DNA from: an uncultured Eubacteriales bacterium
Lineage (GTDB): Bacteria > Bacillota > Clostridia > Christensenellales > CAG-138
Assembly: GCA_900547135.1 (NCBI GenBank)
Contig: URFJ01000002.1
Coordinates: forward strand, 1-51,544
Direction: 5' to 3'
Length of the DNA: 51,544 nt
Part shown: positions 36,669-44,571 of the stretch, piece by piece
How positions within the stretch are numbered: position 1 is the stretch's first letter
How the letters are laid out: each line of letters opens with the position of its first letter
Notes under the pieces: model-generated
Databases searched by the model: none
Told to the model about the DNA's origin: nothing
The model's input: only the letters and a program-made list of their open reading frames with translations
Made by a program: the position numbers and the translations under genes

Positions 36669-38438
36669 CTATGAATCCTCTTCAGTCCCGTTTAGCGTAC
36701 GCTTTATCCTCCACATAGCATCCTTATGAAGCAGTGCGCGTACCCTCGTTCCCTCCTGTTCATGCTCTAAACCCAATATTATGCCCTCATCCCTAATCAT
36801 TGCTATAGCTTCATAGCGGGAATAAGGTACAAGAAGCTCGACCTCAACCCTGCTGTTATTGATTATTCTTTCTATCTGGTGCATAAGCTCCCCTATCCCA
36901 TCGCCATTAAGTGCGCTTATGCACACGCCGCCCGAAGGGCGCCCGCTTGCAATATCTATCTTATTATATGCGTTTATACGGGTCTTATCGGCAGCGCCTA
37001 GCGTACATAATACGTCCTCAACGACTCTGATCTGAGTATCCATATAAGAGGACGAGCTATCGATCACATGTATTATTAAGTCCGCGCCGGAGACCTCCTC
37101 TAGCGTGGCCCGAAAAGCGCTGACAAGATCATGGGGAAGCTTGTTAATAAACCCTACGGTATCTGAGATCAGAATATTGGTGCCATCGCTTAATTCTATC
37201 TGGCGCACCACTGGATCCAGCGTGGCGAACAGCTTATCCTCGGCAACAACTCCGGCATTTGACATAGCATTTAAAAGTGTACTCTTGCCCGCGTTTGTAT
37301 AACCGACCAGCGCAACCAGCGGAGTAGCGTTTCTTTCCCTCTTTTCCCTTCTGAGGGCACGCTGTTTTTTAATTTCAACAAGTTCTTCCTCAAGCTCGAA
37401 TATCCTTCGCCTTATCCTTCTTCGGTCGATCTCAAGCTTTTTCTCTCCTGGACCCCTTGTACCTATTCCCCCTCCCAGCCTTGACAGAGAAGTACCCTTG
37501 CCGGTCAGACGGGGCAGCCTGTATTTTAGCTGTGCAAGCTCCACCTGAAGCTTACCTTCGCGGGTAGTAGCTCTCGCAGCAAAGATATCCAGTATCAGCG
37601 ACGTACGGTCTATTACCCTGGCGCCAAGCGCATCTTCAAGGTTTCTAAGCTGTATTGCATTTAACTCGTCGTCAAATATGAACAGATCGGCCTCAAGCTC
37701 ACTGGCCATCAGCGAAAGCCCCTCCGTTTTGCCGCTTCCAATATATGTTGCGTTATCTATCGTACGCCTGCGCTGCACATCACGCCCTATGACGTTAGCT
37801 CCGGCCGTTAATGCAAGCTCCTTTAGCTCCTCTAACGTATCATACGGCTCCCCGTTGTCTATTCCCACAAGAATAGCCCTTTCAGGCTTGGATTGCGTAA
37901 CATCCTTAGTAGAGCTCTTCAACAACTTGTCCGCAATGTCTATCTCATCCAAAAGGCGCCTGTGGGGAAGGTTATACGGCCTTAGCGGACCATATATAAG
38001 CACCTTGCGTTCGCCCTCTGCCATTGCTCCAACGTATGCAGCATACATTGTAGCAGCTAGGCCGCCGCGAACGCCAATGGCTGCCATGCAGTCCAGCTTC
38101 ATGCTTCTAAGCGTACCGAGATCAACTCCGGAAAGCCTCCCATCCCCATTAGGATGGGTATGAATGCATCGTACGCCACACAGGCGGTCCTCGTTTCTTA
38201 CAAGCCTCATCGACGGCATTGTAACCTTATGTGCGTCACCAATCGAAACGTCTACTATGCGGCCGTCCCTGGCAATATATACGGAGATCTCACGCTCTAT
38301 AAGGCCCGTATACTCGGATATGGCATATATTAGCTCATCAGAGGCAAATTCAGCCTGAGCGCTCCGCATATCATACATGCACTCCATGCGCTCCAATAAG
38401 GTTTGCTTAATCCCCTGTGTATTACCGTTTATCTTCAT
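36669..38438 (-). CDS. hflX: GTPase HflX with ~170-aa N-terminal JAB/MPN-like extension
   Basis: 589 aa. HflX N-domain and coiled linker, G1 GYTNAGKST, G3 DTVGF, G4 NKID. The N-terminal extension contains IHTHPNGDGRLSGVD (H-x-H-x7-S-x2-D). Confidence 0.88.
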   Translation of the reverse strand: MKINGNTQGIKQTLLERMECMYDMRSAQAEFASDELIYAISEYTGLIEREISVYIARDGRIVDVSIGDAHKVTMPSMRLVRNEDRLCGVRCIHTHPNGDGRLSGVDLGTLRSMKLDCMAAIGVRGGLAATMYAAYVGAMAEGERKVLIYGPLRPYNLPHRRLLDEIDIADKLLKSSTKDVTQSKPERAILVGIDNGEPYDTLEELKELALTAGANVIGRDVQRRRTIDNATYIGSGKTEGLSLMASELEADLFIFDDELNAIQLRNLEDALGARVIDRTSLILDIFAARATTREGKLQVELAQLKYRLPRLTGKGTSLSRLGGGIGTRGPGEKKLEIDRRRIRRRIFELEEELVEIKKQRALRREKRERNATPLVALVGYTNAGKSTLLNAMSNAGVVAEDKLFATLDPVVRQIELSDGTNILISDTVGFINKLPHDLVSAFRATLEEVSGADLIIHVIDSSSSYMDTQIRVVEDVLCTLGAADKTRINAYNKIDIASGRPSGGVCISALNGDGIGELMHQIERIINNSRVEVELLVPYSRYEAIAMIRDEGIILGLEHEQEGTRVRALLHKDAMWRIKRTLNGTEEDS

Positions 38439-38495
38439 TCAATATTATCCTCGCCTTAGTTAAATTCATTAATAGCCTCTATACGCTATATTATA

Positions 38496-39887
38496 CTATT
38501 TATTTCGGCTAAAAGTCCAGCGTCTTCCAATTTGACCGTAGAACCTTGTAGACCTAACCACTAATTTAGACAACGCAAGCAGCGCAATAATATTGCAGGC
38601 CGCCATCAATAGGTTGAACAGTTCTCCGAGTTCCCATACCATATCAACGGGAATGAGAGTTCCAGCCCCAACGCAAGCGGCCAATATAAGCCTGTAGGGG
38701 AGCAAGCCCCGGCTGCCAAATAGGAACTCAGCGCATCTGCTTCCATATAAAGACCATCCGATTATAGATGTAAACGCAAACAGGAATACGGACACTGAAA
38801 GAAATATTCCCGACATAGAGTCCGGCATAATAGTAGCGAAGGTGTGTCTCGCAAGTTCCATACCTGACACCGTTACGCTCCCGTATGCTATCTCCACTCC
38901 TGAACACAGCATTGCCAGGGCTGTAAGGGTACAGATCAAAATTGTATCTGTAAACACCTCGATAATTCCAAACATTCCTTGCTTGACCGGATCATTTGAG
39001 TTGGATGACGCATGAGCCATTGGAGCCGAGCCTACGCCCGCTTCATTTGAAAAAACGCCGCGGGCTACGCCAACTCTCATTGTTCTGGCAAGGGCAAAGC
39101 CAGCAACGCCTCCTGCGGCAGGCCTGAATCCCCCAAACGCGCCCTCAAAGATGGACTTAAACGCCATACCCAGCCCGTCAATATTAGCGGAGATAACCCA
39201 TAAAGCTGCGATTACATACATTGCTCCGGCAAATGGTACAAGCATGCTTGCCGCCTTACCGATCCTGTCTAATCCTCCAAATATAACCACAGCACAGAGG
39301 GCGGCCAAAATAGCCCCTACTACGATCCTTACTGTATTGTCGTCATAATAAAAGTCAGGTACCGTCTCACAGGCTGTCAGTACCGATTCCGCAATCGTAT
39401 TTGACTGCACCATCCCTCCTCCGCAAAAAGCCGCTAAAACGCAAAACAGCGCGAATGCCGACGCAAGGGGCTTATATTGTGCTCCCATGCCCTTTGCCAT
39501 GTATTGCATTGCGCCGCCGCTCCACTCTCCGCGCTCATTTTTAGATCTATAGCGCATTGCCAATACTATTTCAGCATACTTTGTCATCATTCCCAGGAAA
39601 CCGCTTACCCACATCCAAAAGATTGCTCCAGGCCCCCCGATCATTATTGCCCCGCCTACGCCGGCTATGTTAGCCGTGCCTATTGAACCTCCAAGCGCTG
39701 TAGCAAGCGCCTGATATGGGGTAAGCGTTCCCTTTTTGTGTTCCTTTTTGCCCGAAAACAATCCCCCGAGAGTGTTTTTTATTATGCTTACTATATGCGT
39801 AAATTGAAAAAATCCGCTTGCAACTGTAAAATAGCCGCCTGTAGCAAGCAGCAGCAAAGACATAGCAGTTGAAAAGGTTGAAAGCAT
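38496..39887 (-). CDS. Alanine/glycine:cation symporter (AGCS family)
   Basis: 463 aa, ~11 TM. Family-typical blocks: LTPYQALATALGGSIGTANIAGVGGAI, FSNEAGVGSAPMAHA. Confidence 0.85.
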   Translation of the reverse strand: MLSTFSTAMSLLLLATGGYFTVASGFFQFTHIVSIIKNTLGGLFSGKKEHKKGTLTPYQALATALGGSIGTANIAGVGGAIMIGGPGAIFWMWVSGFLGMMTKYAEIVLAMRYRSKNERGEWSGGAMQYMAKGMGAQYKPLASAFALFCVLAAFCGGGMVQSNTIAESVLTACETVPDFYYDDNTVRIVVGAILAALCAVVIFGGLDRIGKAASMLVPFAGAMYVIAALWVISANIDGLGMAFKSIFEGAFGGFRPAAGGVAGFALARTMRVGVARGVFSNEAGVGSAPMAHASSNSNDPVKQGMFGIIEVFTDTILICTLTALAMLCSGVEIAYGSVTVSGMELARHTFATIMPDSMSGIFLSVSVFLFAFTSIIGWSLYGSRCAEFLFGSRGLLPYRLILAACVGAGTLIPVDMVWELGELFNLLMAACNIIALLALSKLVVRSTRFYGQIGRRWTFSRNK

Positions 39888-40020
39888 TCGGGTACCTCAG
39901 CATTTTTTTGACCTGCATTATGTATAGTGCTGCTTATAAAGGAAAATGACTTTTTACACTTAATTGAGTTTATATCCTAAATGCCAATCCATTGACATGT
40001 CCCTCTAATGAATTATCCAT

Positions 40021-40056
40021 TTAAAAATATTCTCAACGGTTTTAAGGCTGAGAATA
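40021..40056 (-). terminator. Putative intrinsic terminator at the end of the SipW/TasA-type operon
   Basis: Minus strand reads TATTCTCA-(13-nt loop)-TGAGAATA followed by TTTTTAA. It lies about 105 nt after the stop of the 62-aa ORF. Confidence 0.45.
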
Positions 40057-40160
40057 GTATTTTTAGCTTTTTTCTGTATTGTAATTTGTATTAATAATGT
40101 GTATAGTTAGAATATATAACATTTTAAATTGTTATTTATGGTTAAAATGCGCCTATGCTA

Positions 40161-40349
40161 TTATTCAGGAGCACCGTCGTCCGAACCCTGAGCGGGATTT
40201 GCAGGAACTGAATAACGTATAGTAAAATCAAATTTTGAAGAATCCTGCAAGTACGCTCCGGTGCTTCCTATAAAGATGGATAACGTGGCTGTCAGTAAAA
40301 CCGCAAGAACGATTAACATTAAGCCTAGCCTTCCCTTTTTACCCATCAT
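40161..40349 (-). CDS. 62-aa mini-protein: SipW-dependent-type signal peptide plus ~30-aa mature peptide
   Basis: GAGGTGA Shine-Dalgarno 5 nt before ATG 40349. The product is MMGKKGRLGLMLIVLAVLLTATLSIFIGSTGAYLQDSSKFDFTIRYSVPANPAQGSDDGAPE. The A-Y-L-Q-D junction resembles the A-W-F-T-D junction of the neighbouring paralogues. Confidence 0.55.
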   Translation of the reverse strand: MMGKKGRLGLMLIVLAVLLTATLSIFIGSTGAYLQDSSKFDFTIRYSVPANPAQGSDDGAPE

Positions 40350-40483
40350 CCTTCTCACCTCATTTTTCAGGTCTATTAATTATCCCGACTTATATTATCA
40401 TCTGTCGGGCCGCTTTGTAAATAACCGCAGTCAACCCGTTTATCGACAGAGCCGCTGCACTGTTCATTCTGCTCTGCCTTTTC

Positions 40484-41089
40484 TTATTTATTAATTTCAG
40501 TTGTCTTAGTTTTTTCTAATAAATCGGCGGCCTTTTTTGCGTCTGAATGCCTTAAAATGCTGCGCACCAGGTTTATTACCTCAACAACTAGAATTACCAT
40601 GCACGGCAACAGGCAAATCAAGAAATAGCCAAGCTTCGTTCTGATAAAGTTCAAAACATAGCCAAGTAATGGTATATTAAAAACCACCTTGCCGATAACG
40701 TTCGCCGGTATGGCAGCGGCCTGGTCGCGGTCCTCATTTGCGTCGCCCTTTGTGATAAACATCACTGAACCTTGGAAATCAGCAATTTCGACGATTCTGT
40801 GAGTTACTATCTCACCATAGAACAATGGATCGTTCGATATAAAAGTAATTATATCTCCCTCGGCCAATTCCCCTGTTTCCTGTTCCGTCACGATTATTAC
40901 GCTGCCGACCGGCAGCGTATCCTCCATACTGCCGCTCATCACGTTGAACAGCCTTACGCCATTGAGGAATGGAACCCTCTGACCTCTTGAGCTGATGAGA
41001 AGAAATACCATGGAAACTATAACAACTATGAGCAGCGCCCATAGCAGCGCGCCAAATATTTTTTTTGTTATTTTCAGCGCTTTTTCCAT
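40484..41089 (-). CDS. sipW: Signal peptidase I, archaeal/ER type (SipW-like)
   Basis: 201 aa. N-terminal TM, catalytic-Ser box MSGSMEDTLPVGS, THRIV, GDANEDRD, and a C-terminal TM plus charged tail, as in B. subtilis SipW. Confidence 0.85.
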   Translation of the reverse strand: MEKALKITKKIFGALLWALLIVVIVSMVFLLISSRGQRVPFLNGVRLFNVMSGSMEDTLPVGSVIIVTEQETGELAEGDIITFISNDPLFYGEIVTHRIVEIADFQGSVMFITKGDANEDRDQAAAIPANVIGKVVFNIPLLGYVLNFIRTKLGYFLICLLPCMVILVVEVINLVRSILRHSDAKKAADLLEKTKTTEINK

Positions 41090-41104
41090 AGCGTAATCCC
41101 AGCT

Positions 41105-41599
41105 TTAACCTTCCTCTATCTGACTCGCAAAAACAGCTATTGAAAAGCCCGCTTCTGCGTAATTGTAAGACCCAGATGCGTTAGGTTCAAAACCTTCGCG
41201 GATTCCCTTTACATGGAGACTGCATCGCAGTTCCTGTCCGGCACTAAGAACTATCTCTGTAAACGCCCCTTCCGTCCCTGCTGAGCGAAATTCGTAATCA
41301 AGGTATGGAAGCAGCTCATCCGCCTTATCTGATTCCGGTCCTAATAGAAAGCTGGCAGTCACCGGTATACTGGATCTGTTGGTAACCGTAAACGGAAGCG
41401 ATACCGGCTCGGAATCCTCGCCTGGCTTTAGCTGTGTAAGATCGAGAAGCGATCCGCCATTAGCAAGCTCAACGTTCAGTGATGCGGATATAGCTGAAAG
41501 CTGCCGGTTTTCCGTTTCATACTGCCAGGCAATGGTAAGGCCTACTATGGATAGAGCTAACGCGGCGATAATGGTTACGCTGGCTAAAATCCTTTTCAT
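41105..41599 (-). CDS. Short TasA/CalY-like secreted protein (paralogue 4)
   Basis: GGGAG Shine-Dalgarno then ATG 41599 (MKRILASVTIIAALALSIVGLTIAWQYETENRQL). TasA-like blocks SLNVEL and LDLTQLKPGEDSE...FTVTNRSS. The track start 41665 would run through the upstream GC palindrome. Confidence 0.65.
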   Translation of the reverse strand: MKRILASVTIIAALALSIVGLTIAWQYETENRQLSAISASLNVELANGGSLLDLTQLKPGEDSEPVSLPFTVTNRSSIPVTASFLLGPESDKADELLPYLDYEFRSAGTEGAFTEIVLSAGQELRCSLHVKGIREGFEPNASGSYNYAEAGFSIAVFASQIEEG

Positions 41600-41626
41600 T
41601 TGGGGTACACTCCCTTTTTTTGCTCC

Positions 41627-41660
41627 GCATGCGCGGCCGCTGTCCTGCGGCCGCGCATGC
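41627..41660. other. Perfect 14-bp GC-rich inverted repeat (stem-loop) between tasA-like 3 and paralogue 4
   Basis: GCATGCGCGGCCGC-TGTCCT-GCGGCCGCGCATGC. No U-tract follows it in the direction of transcription. Confidence 0.9.
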
Positions 41661-41693
41661 ATCATTAATGTCCACTAAATATGGATTTCCGAA

Positions 41694-42404
41694 TTATTCT
41701 CCGAATGCCGCACCCTCGTCAGTTTGGCTTGCGCCTACTACGAACTCGGCATGATAGTGCTTGCCCTGATACTCGTTTCCAGCGTCTACATCCAGATACG
41801 CGCCGATAGCATATGTATTGCTTGTTGCGCCTGCACTAAGGATAAGAGCTTCGCCGTTTTCATCGACAATAAGGTAAGCGTTTAGATCGCTGACGCTTTC
41901 AAATGAAGCAACCTTTGTATATACGCCTTCGGAATCCTTCTCAAGCAGAATGAGATGGATAGCGTCCTTGAGAAGATTATCGCATGCTATTTCTTCAGGA
42001 TCGCCAACCATAACGCCGCCAAAGCCGTTATCCACTATGTTGGGTATCATGTCGCCTTCGGGGATAACGCCGTCATTGATCGTGAGCTGAAGCTTGACAG
42101 GCATTGTACCGGCGTTTGTAATCGCAAAGTCCTGTACGTATACTGTCGGCATTGTAAATCCGGCTCCTTCATAATCTATGCCGGAATTGATTTCTGCCAA
42201 AAACGCTTCTTCGCTTGCCATTGGGCGGAGATTTTCAAAATCCAGGGTCTCATTTGAGCCTACGGTTATGTCCAAAACGCCCGCTTCAAAATTGGCGTTT
42301 ACCCTCTCGACATCCGTAAACCAAGCCATGGTGGCGCCTACCAGCAGCGCGAGCAGGGTCGCGATGGAAACTATGGATAATGTAATTTTTTTCTTCGATG
42401 ACAT
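41694..42404 (-). CDS. TasA/camelysin-family secreted protein, stand-alone (paralogue 3; candidate major subunit)
   Basis: AAGGAG Shine-Dalgarno 9 nt before ATG 42404. Signal peptide MSSKKKITLSIVSIATLLALLVGATMAWFTDVE. The core is shared with paralogues 1 and 2 (FENLRP, TNAGTMPVKLQL, GNEYQGKHYHAEF, GASQTDEG). It ends where the linkers of paralogues 1 and 2 begin. Confidence 0.8.
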   Translation of the reverse strand: MSSKKKITLSIVSIATLLALLVGATMAWFTDVERVNANFEAGVLDITVGSNETLDFENLRPMASEEAFLAEINSGIDYEGAGFTMPTVYVQDFAITNAGTMPVKLQLTINDGVIPEGDMIPNIVDNGFGGVMVGDPEEIACDNLLKDAIHLILLEKDSEGVYTKVASFESVSDLNAYLIVDENGEALILSAGATSNTYAIGAYLDVDAGNEYQGKHYHAEFVVGASQTDEGAAFGE

Positions 42405-42445
42405 AGTATTATTCTCCTTCATTATTATTGAATTTTAAAGCCATT

Positions 42446-43435
42446 TTATCGTGGGTTATTTACCAGGTCAGGGTATCTGCCTGCGGCAAAGCTCCATACG
42501 CTGGTGTTGAAGCCGGATAGCGTATTGCCGTTTGTAAGGTTAGCCCTCGTTATTCTCGTAAACCCGTTTGCTGTACCGCTAGATGTGGACTCAGCGTAAG
42601 AGTTTGATACGGAACCTGCGTTATATCCGATGCTTATCGACGCCTGAAGTGATCCCCACACGTTATTGTTATGAACTACATAGCAGCGTCTCACGATACC
42701 AGAGGATCCGTTCCAGCCCAGGAAGCCCCCTACGCGCTGGTATCCTACCACCAGCGCCTCAAGGTTTACGTAGCAGTCCTCAATGATCCCAAGATTGCCT
42801 CCTACCAAGCCGCCGGCATAGTAGGTGCTTAGTTGTCCGCTATTTATTTCGCTGTGATAACCAGAGTTTATGCCTCCGGTGGCGTAACACTCCTTGATGG
42901 TTCCCCAGTTGCCGCCCGCTATTCCACCAGCATAGTTGTAGGCGACCACTCCAATGGTCTGACCTGAATATCCAACGCCTATCCTGGAACTTGAGTACTG
43001 TATTGTACCACGGTTTCTTCCGGCTATTCCGCCCGCAAATCCTCCGTCACTGCCGTCTGAGATAGCGCCTACATATTTGCCTGTAACATGAACGTTGGAA
43101 ATAACGCCGTTTGTATCGTTCGTCCCTGCAACGGCTCCTACTTCTGACCAGCCCTCAATTTCATTGATCGTAAGGTTCAGATTCTCGATTGTGCCGTTGT
43201 TGATTGCGAACAGTCCGACATTGCTGTAATCATCAAGTACGCTGTGAAGGCCTGAAATCATATGTTCCTGGCCGTCGATGCTTCCAGTGAACGGGACGTC
43301 CGCGCTGTCGCCAATTCCAAGGGGGTACCAACCACTGCTAAGTTCGAAGTCCTCAGTTACGATATAGTGGGCATCCATTTCGTTTTCAACCGCCCGCAAC
43401 GTAGCCTCGTCATAGATATGGTAGGGGTTTTCCAC
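42446..43435 (-). CDS. GLUG-repeat domain ORF 2 (no own signal peptide or Shine-Dalgarno; frame open upstream to 43594; probably the C-terminal part of tasA-like 2)
   Basis: Repeats AGGIAGRNRGTIQYS, AGGIAGGNWGTIKECYATGG, AGGLVGGNLGIIEDCYV, VGGFLGWNGSSGIVRRCYV. The N-terminal block YHIYDEATLRAVENEMDAHYIVTEDFELS...PFTGSIDGQEHMISGL is typical of GLUG-domain proteins. The nominal start is a GTG without a Shine-Dalgarno. Confidence 0.7.
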   Translation of the reverse strand: MENPYHIYDEATLRAVENEMDAHYIVTEDFELSSGWYPLGIGDSADVPFTGSIDGQEHMISGLHSVLDDYSNVGLFAINNGTIENLNLTINEIEGWSEVGAVAGTNDTNGVISNVHVTGKYVGAISDGSDGGFAGGIAGRNRGTIQYSSSRIGVGYSGQTIGVVAYNYAGGIAGGNWGTIKECYATGGINSGYHSEINSGQLSTYYAGGLVGGNLGIIEDCYVNLEALVVGYQRVGGFLGWNGSSGIVRRCYVVHNNNVWGSLQASISIGYNAGSVSNSYAESTSSGTANGFTRITRANLTNGNTLSGFNTSVWSFAAGRYPDLVNNPR

Positions 43436-43515
43436 TGAACCGTAAGGCGTCGGCGTTTGGGTTGGCGTAGGTGTTGAGACCGCTTCCTTTTCAACGGTGA
43501 AGGTTACTTCCGACG

Positions 43516-44472
43516 CTAATCCCGTTTCGGGATTATAAACCGACTGCTCGGTCTGATCCGCAGGGGAGAAGAAGTGTCTGTAGGAGCCGTTACATCAGTT
43601 CCAGACACTACATCATATACATCGTCGGTAAAGGTAACATATATTGAAGTTGGCTCCGGATCCACTTCCGAGGACTGGTCGTCAAAGTTAACCGTTATTT
43701 CAACATTTTCAACAGGATAGGGCGCAGGCGTCGGAGATGGCGTGGGGTCGTCCGGCGTAGGCGTCGGCTCGACTACTTCACCTGGACCGCCGATTTCCGC
43801 ATCGGGATCCGTCTGGCCCGCTCCTACGTAGAGATAGCTGTGGAAGTGCTCCGCCTGATATTCGTTTCCAACTATCTCGGGCAGATGCCCGCCTATAACA
43901 TATGTAACGCTTTCATTAGCGGCTAGAGTAGCAACGGGGTTGAATACGTCCGTTTCGCCCTCTTCAAGCGAAGCCGTATTCAGGTTTACGCCCTCAACAC
44001 GCACCCATTGTTCGCCTACATGCTCGTAAACGTAGATCTTAAGTACGGGCTTGAGACCGTTTTCACAGTCGGCCATGCTATTGTCCCACATGATGCCGCC
44101 ATCCCCGTTATCGACCATGTTCTTTACCTGGTCGCTTGGCTCGGCTTCCCGCGCCGTAAGTTGAAGCCTGGCCGGCAGCGTGCCCTTGTTCTCAACTGTT
44201 ATGGGCTGGAAATATACCGGAATCGGGTCAAAACCCTCTGTATTCCTGTTCGCATAGCCGTCTATGAGTTCATCGTCAAACTGCGTAAGCGTCAGGGGGC
44301 GCAGGTTTGTGAACTCAAGCGGTTCATAGCTTTCCAGCTCTATGTTCAGTACTCCGGCTTTAAAGCCGGCCTCGGTCTTTTCGACATCCGTAAACCATGC
44401 AAACGTTGCGCCTATAAGAAGAGTTGCAACGACAAGCACTGATAAAACGGATATCAACACTCTTTTCTTCAT
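43516..44472 (-). CDS. TasA/camelysin-family secreted protein with P/T-rich C-terminal linker (paralogue 2)
   Basis: GGAGGA Shine-Dalgarno. Signal peptide MKKRVLISVLSVLVVATLLIGATFAWFTDVE. Core blocks FTNLRPLTL, ENKGTLPARLQL, GNEYQAEHFHSYLYVGAGQTD, then the linker EPTPTPDDPTPSPTPAP. The last ~20 codons look out of frame. Confidence 0.8.
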   Translation of the reverse strand: MKKRVLISVLSVLVVATLLIGATFAWFTDVEKTEAGFKAGVLNIELESYEPLEFTNLRPLTLTQFDDELIDGYANRNTEGFDPIPVYFQPITVENKGTLPARLQLTAREAEPSDQVKNMVDNGDGGIMWDNSMADCENGLKPVLKIYVYEHVGEQWVRVEGVNLNTASLEEGETDVFNPVATLAANESVTYVIGGHLPEIVGNEYQAEHFHSYLYVGAGQTDPDAEIGGPGEVVEPTPTPDDPTPSPTPAPYPVENVEITVNFDDQSSEVDPEPTSIYVTFTDDVYDVVSGTDVTAPTDTSSPLRIRPSSRFIIPKRD

Positions 44473-44571
44473 ATTAATTCCTCCAGTTTGTAAATTATGT
44501 ACTCGTAACAGAATGCGATGTCAGCCGCAGCCTGTAACTAGACATCTAAGTTAACTAAGGTGACGTATGAT

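Noticed and set aside
39888-40160. A glycine riboswitch or other leader RNA upstream of the alanine/glycine:cation symporter.
   Set aside because: The 270-nt upstream region is AT-rich. I could find none of the GC-rich conserved glycine-riboswitch cores (GGAGAG...CACCG-type elements). The only clear structure is the hairpin better explained as the terminator of the convergently arriving fibre operon.
41627-41660. The double NotI/SphI palindrome as a cloning-vector or synthetic-linker contamination.
   Set aside because: The flanking sequence on both sides is continuous coding sequence of the same operon, with no vector-like polylinker context. It is retained as a natural stem-loop.
43563-43566. 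Slipped-strand phase variation, or programmed frameshifting, as the explanation for the tasA-like/GLUG frame breaks.
   Set aside because: The homopolymer runs at both sites are only 3-4 nt, far shorter than known contingency tracts. The two shifts are in opposite directions at non-equivalent positions, and no slippery heptamer plus downstream structure is evident.
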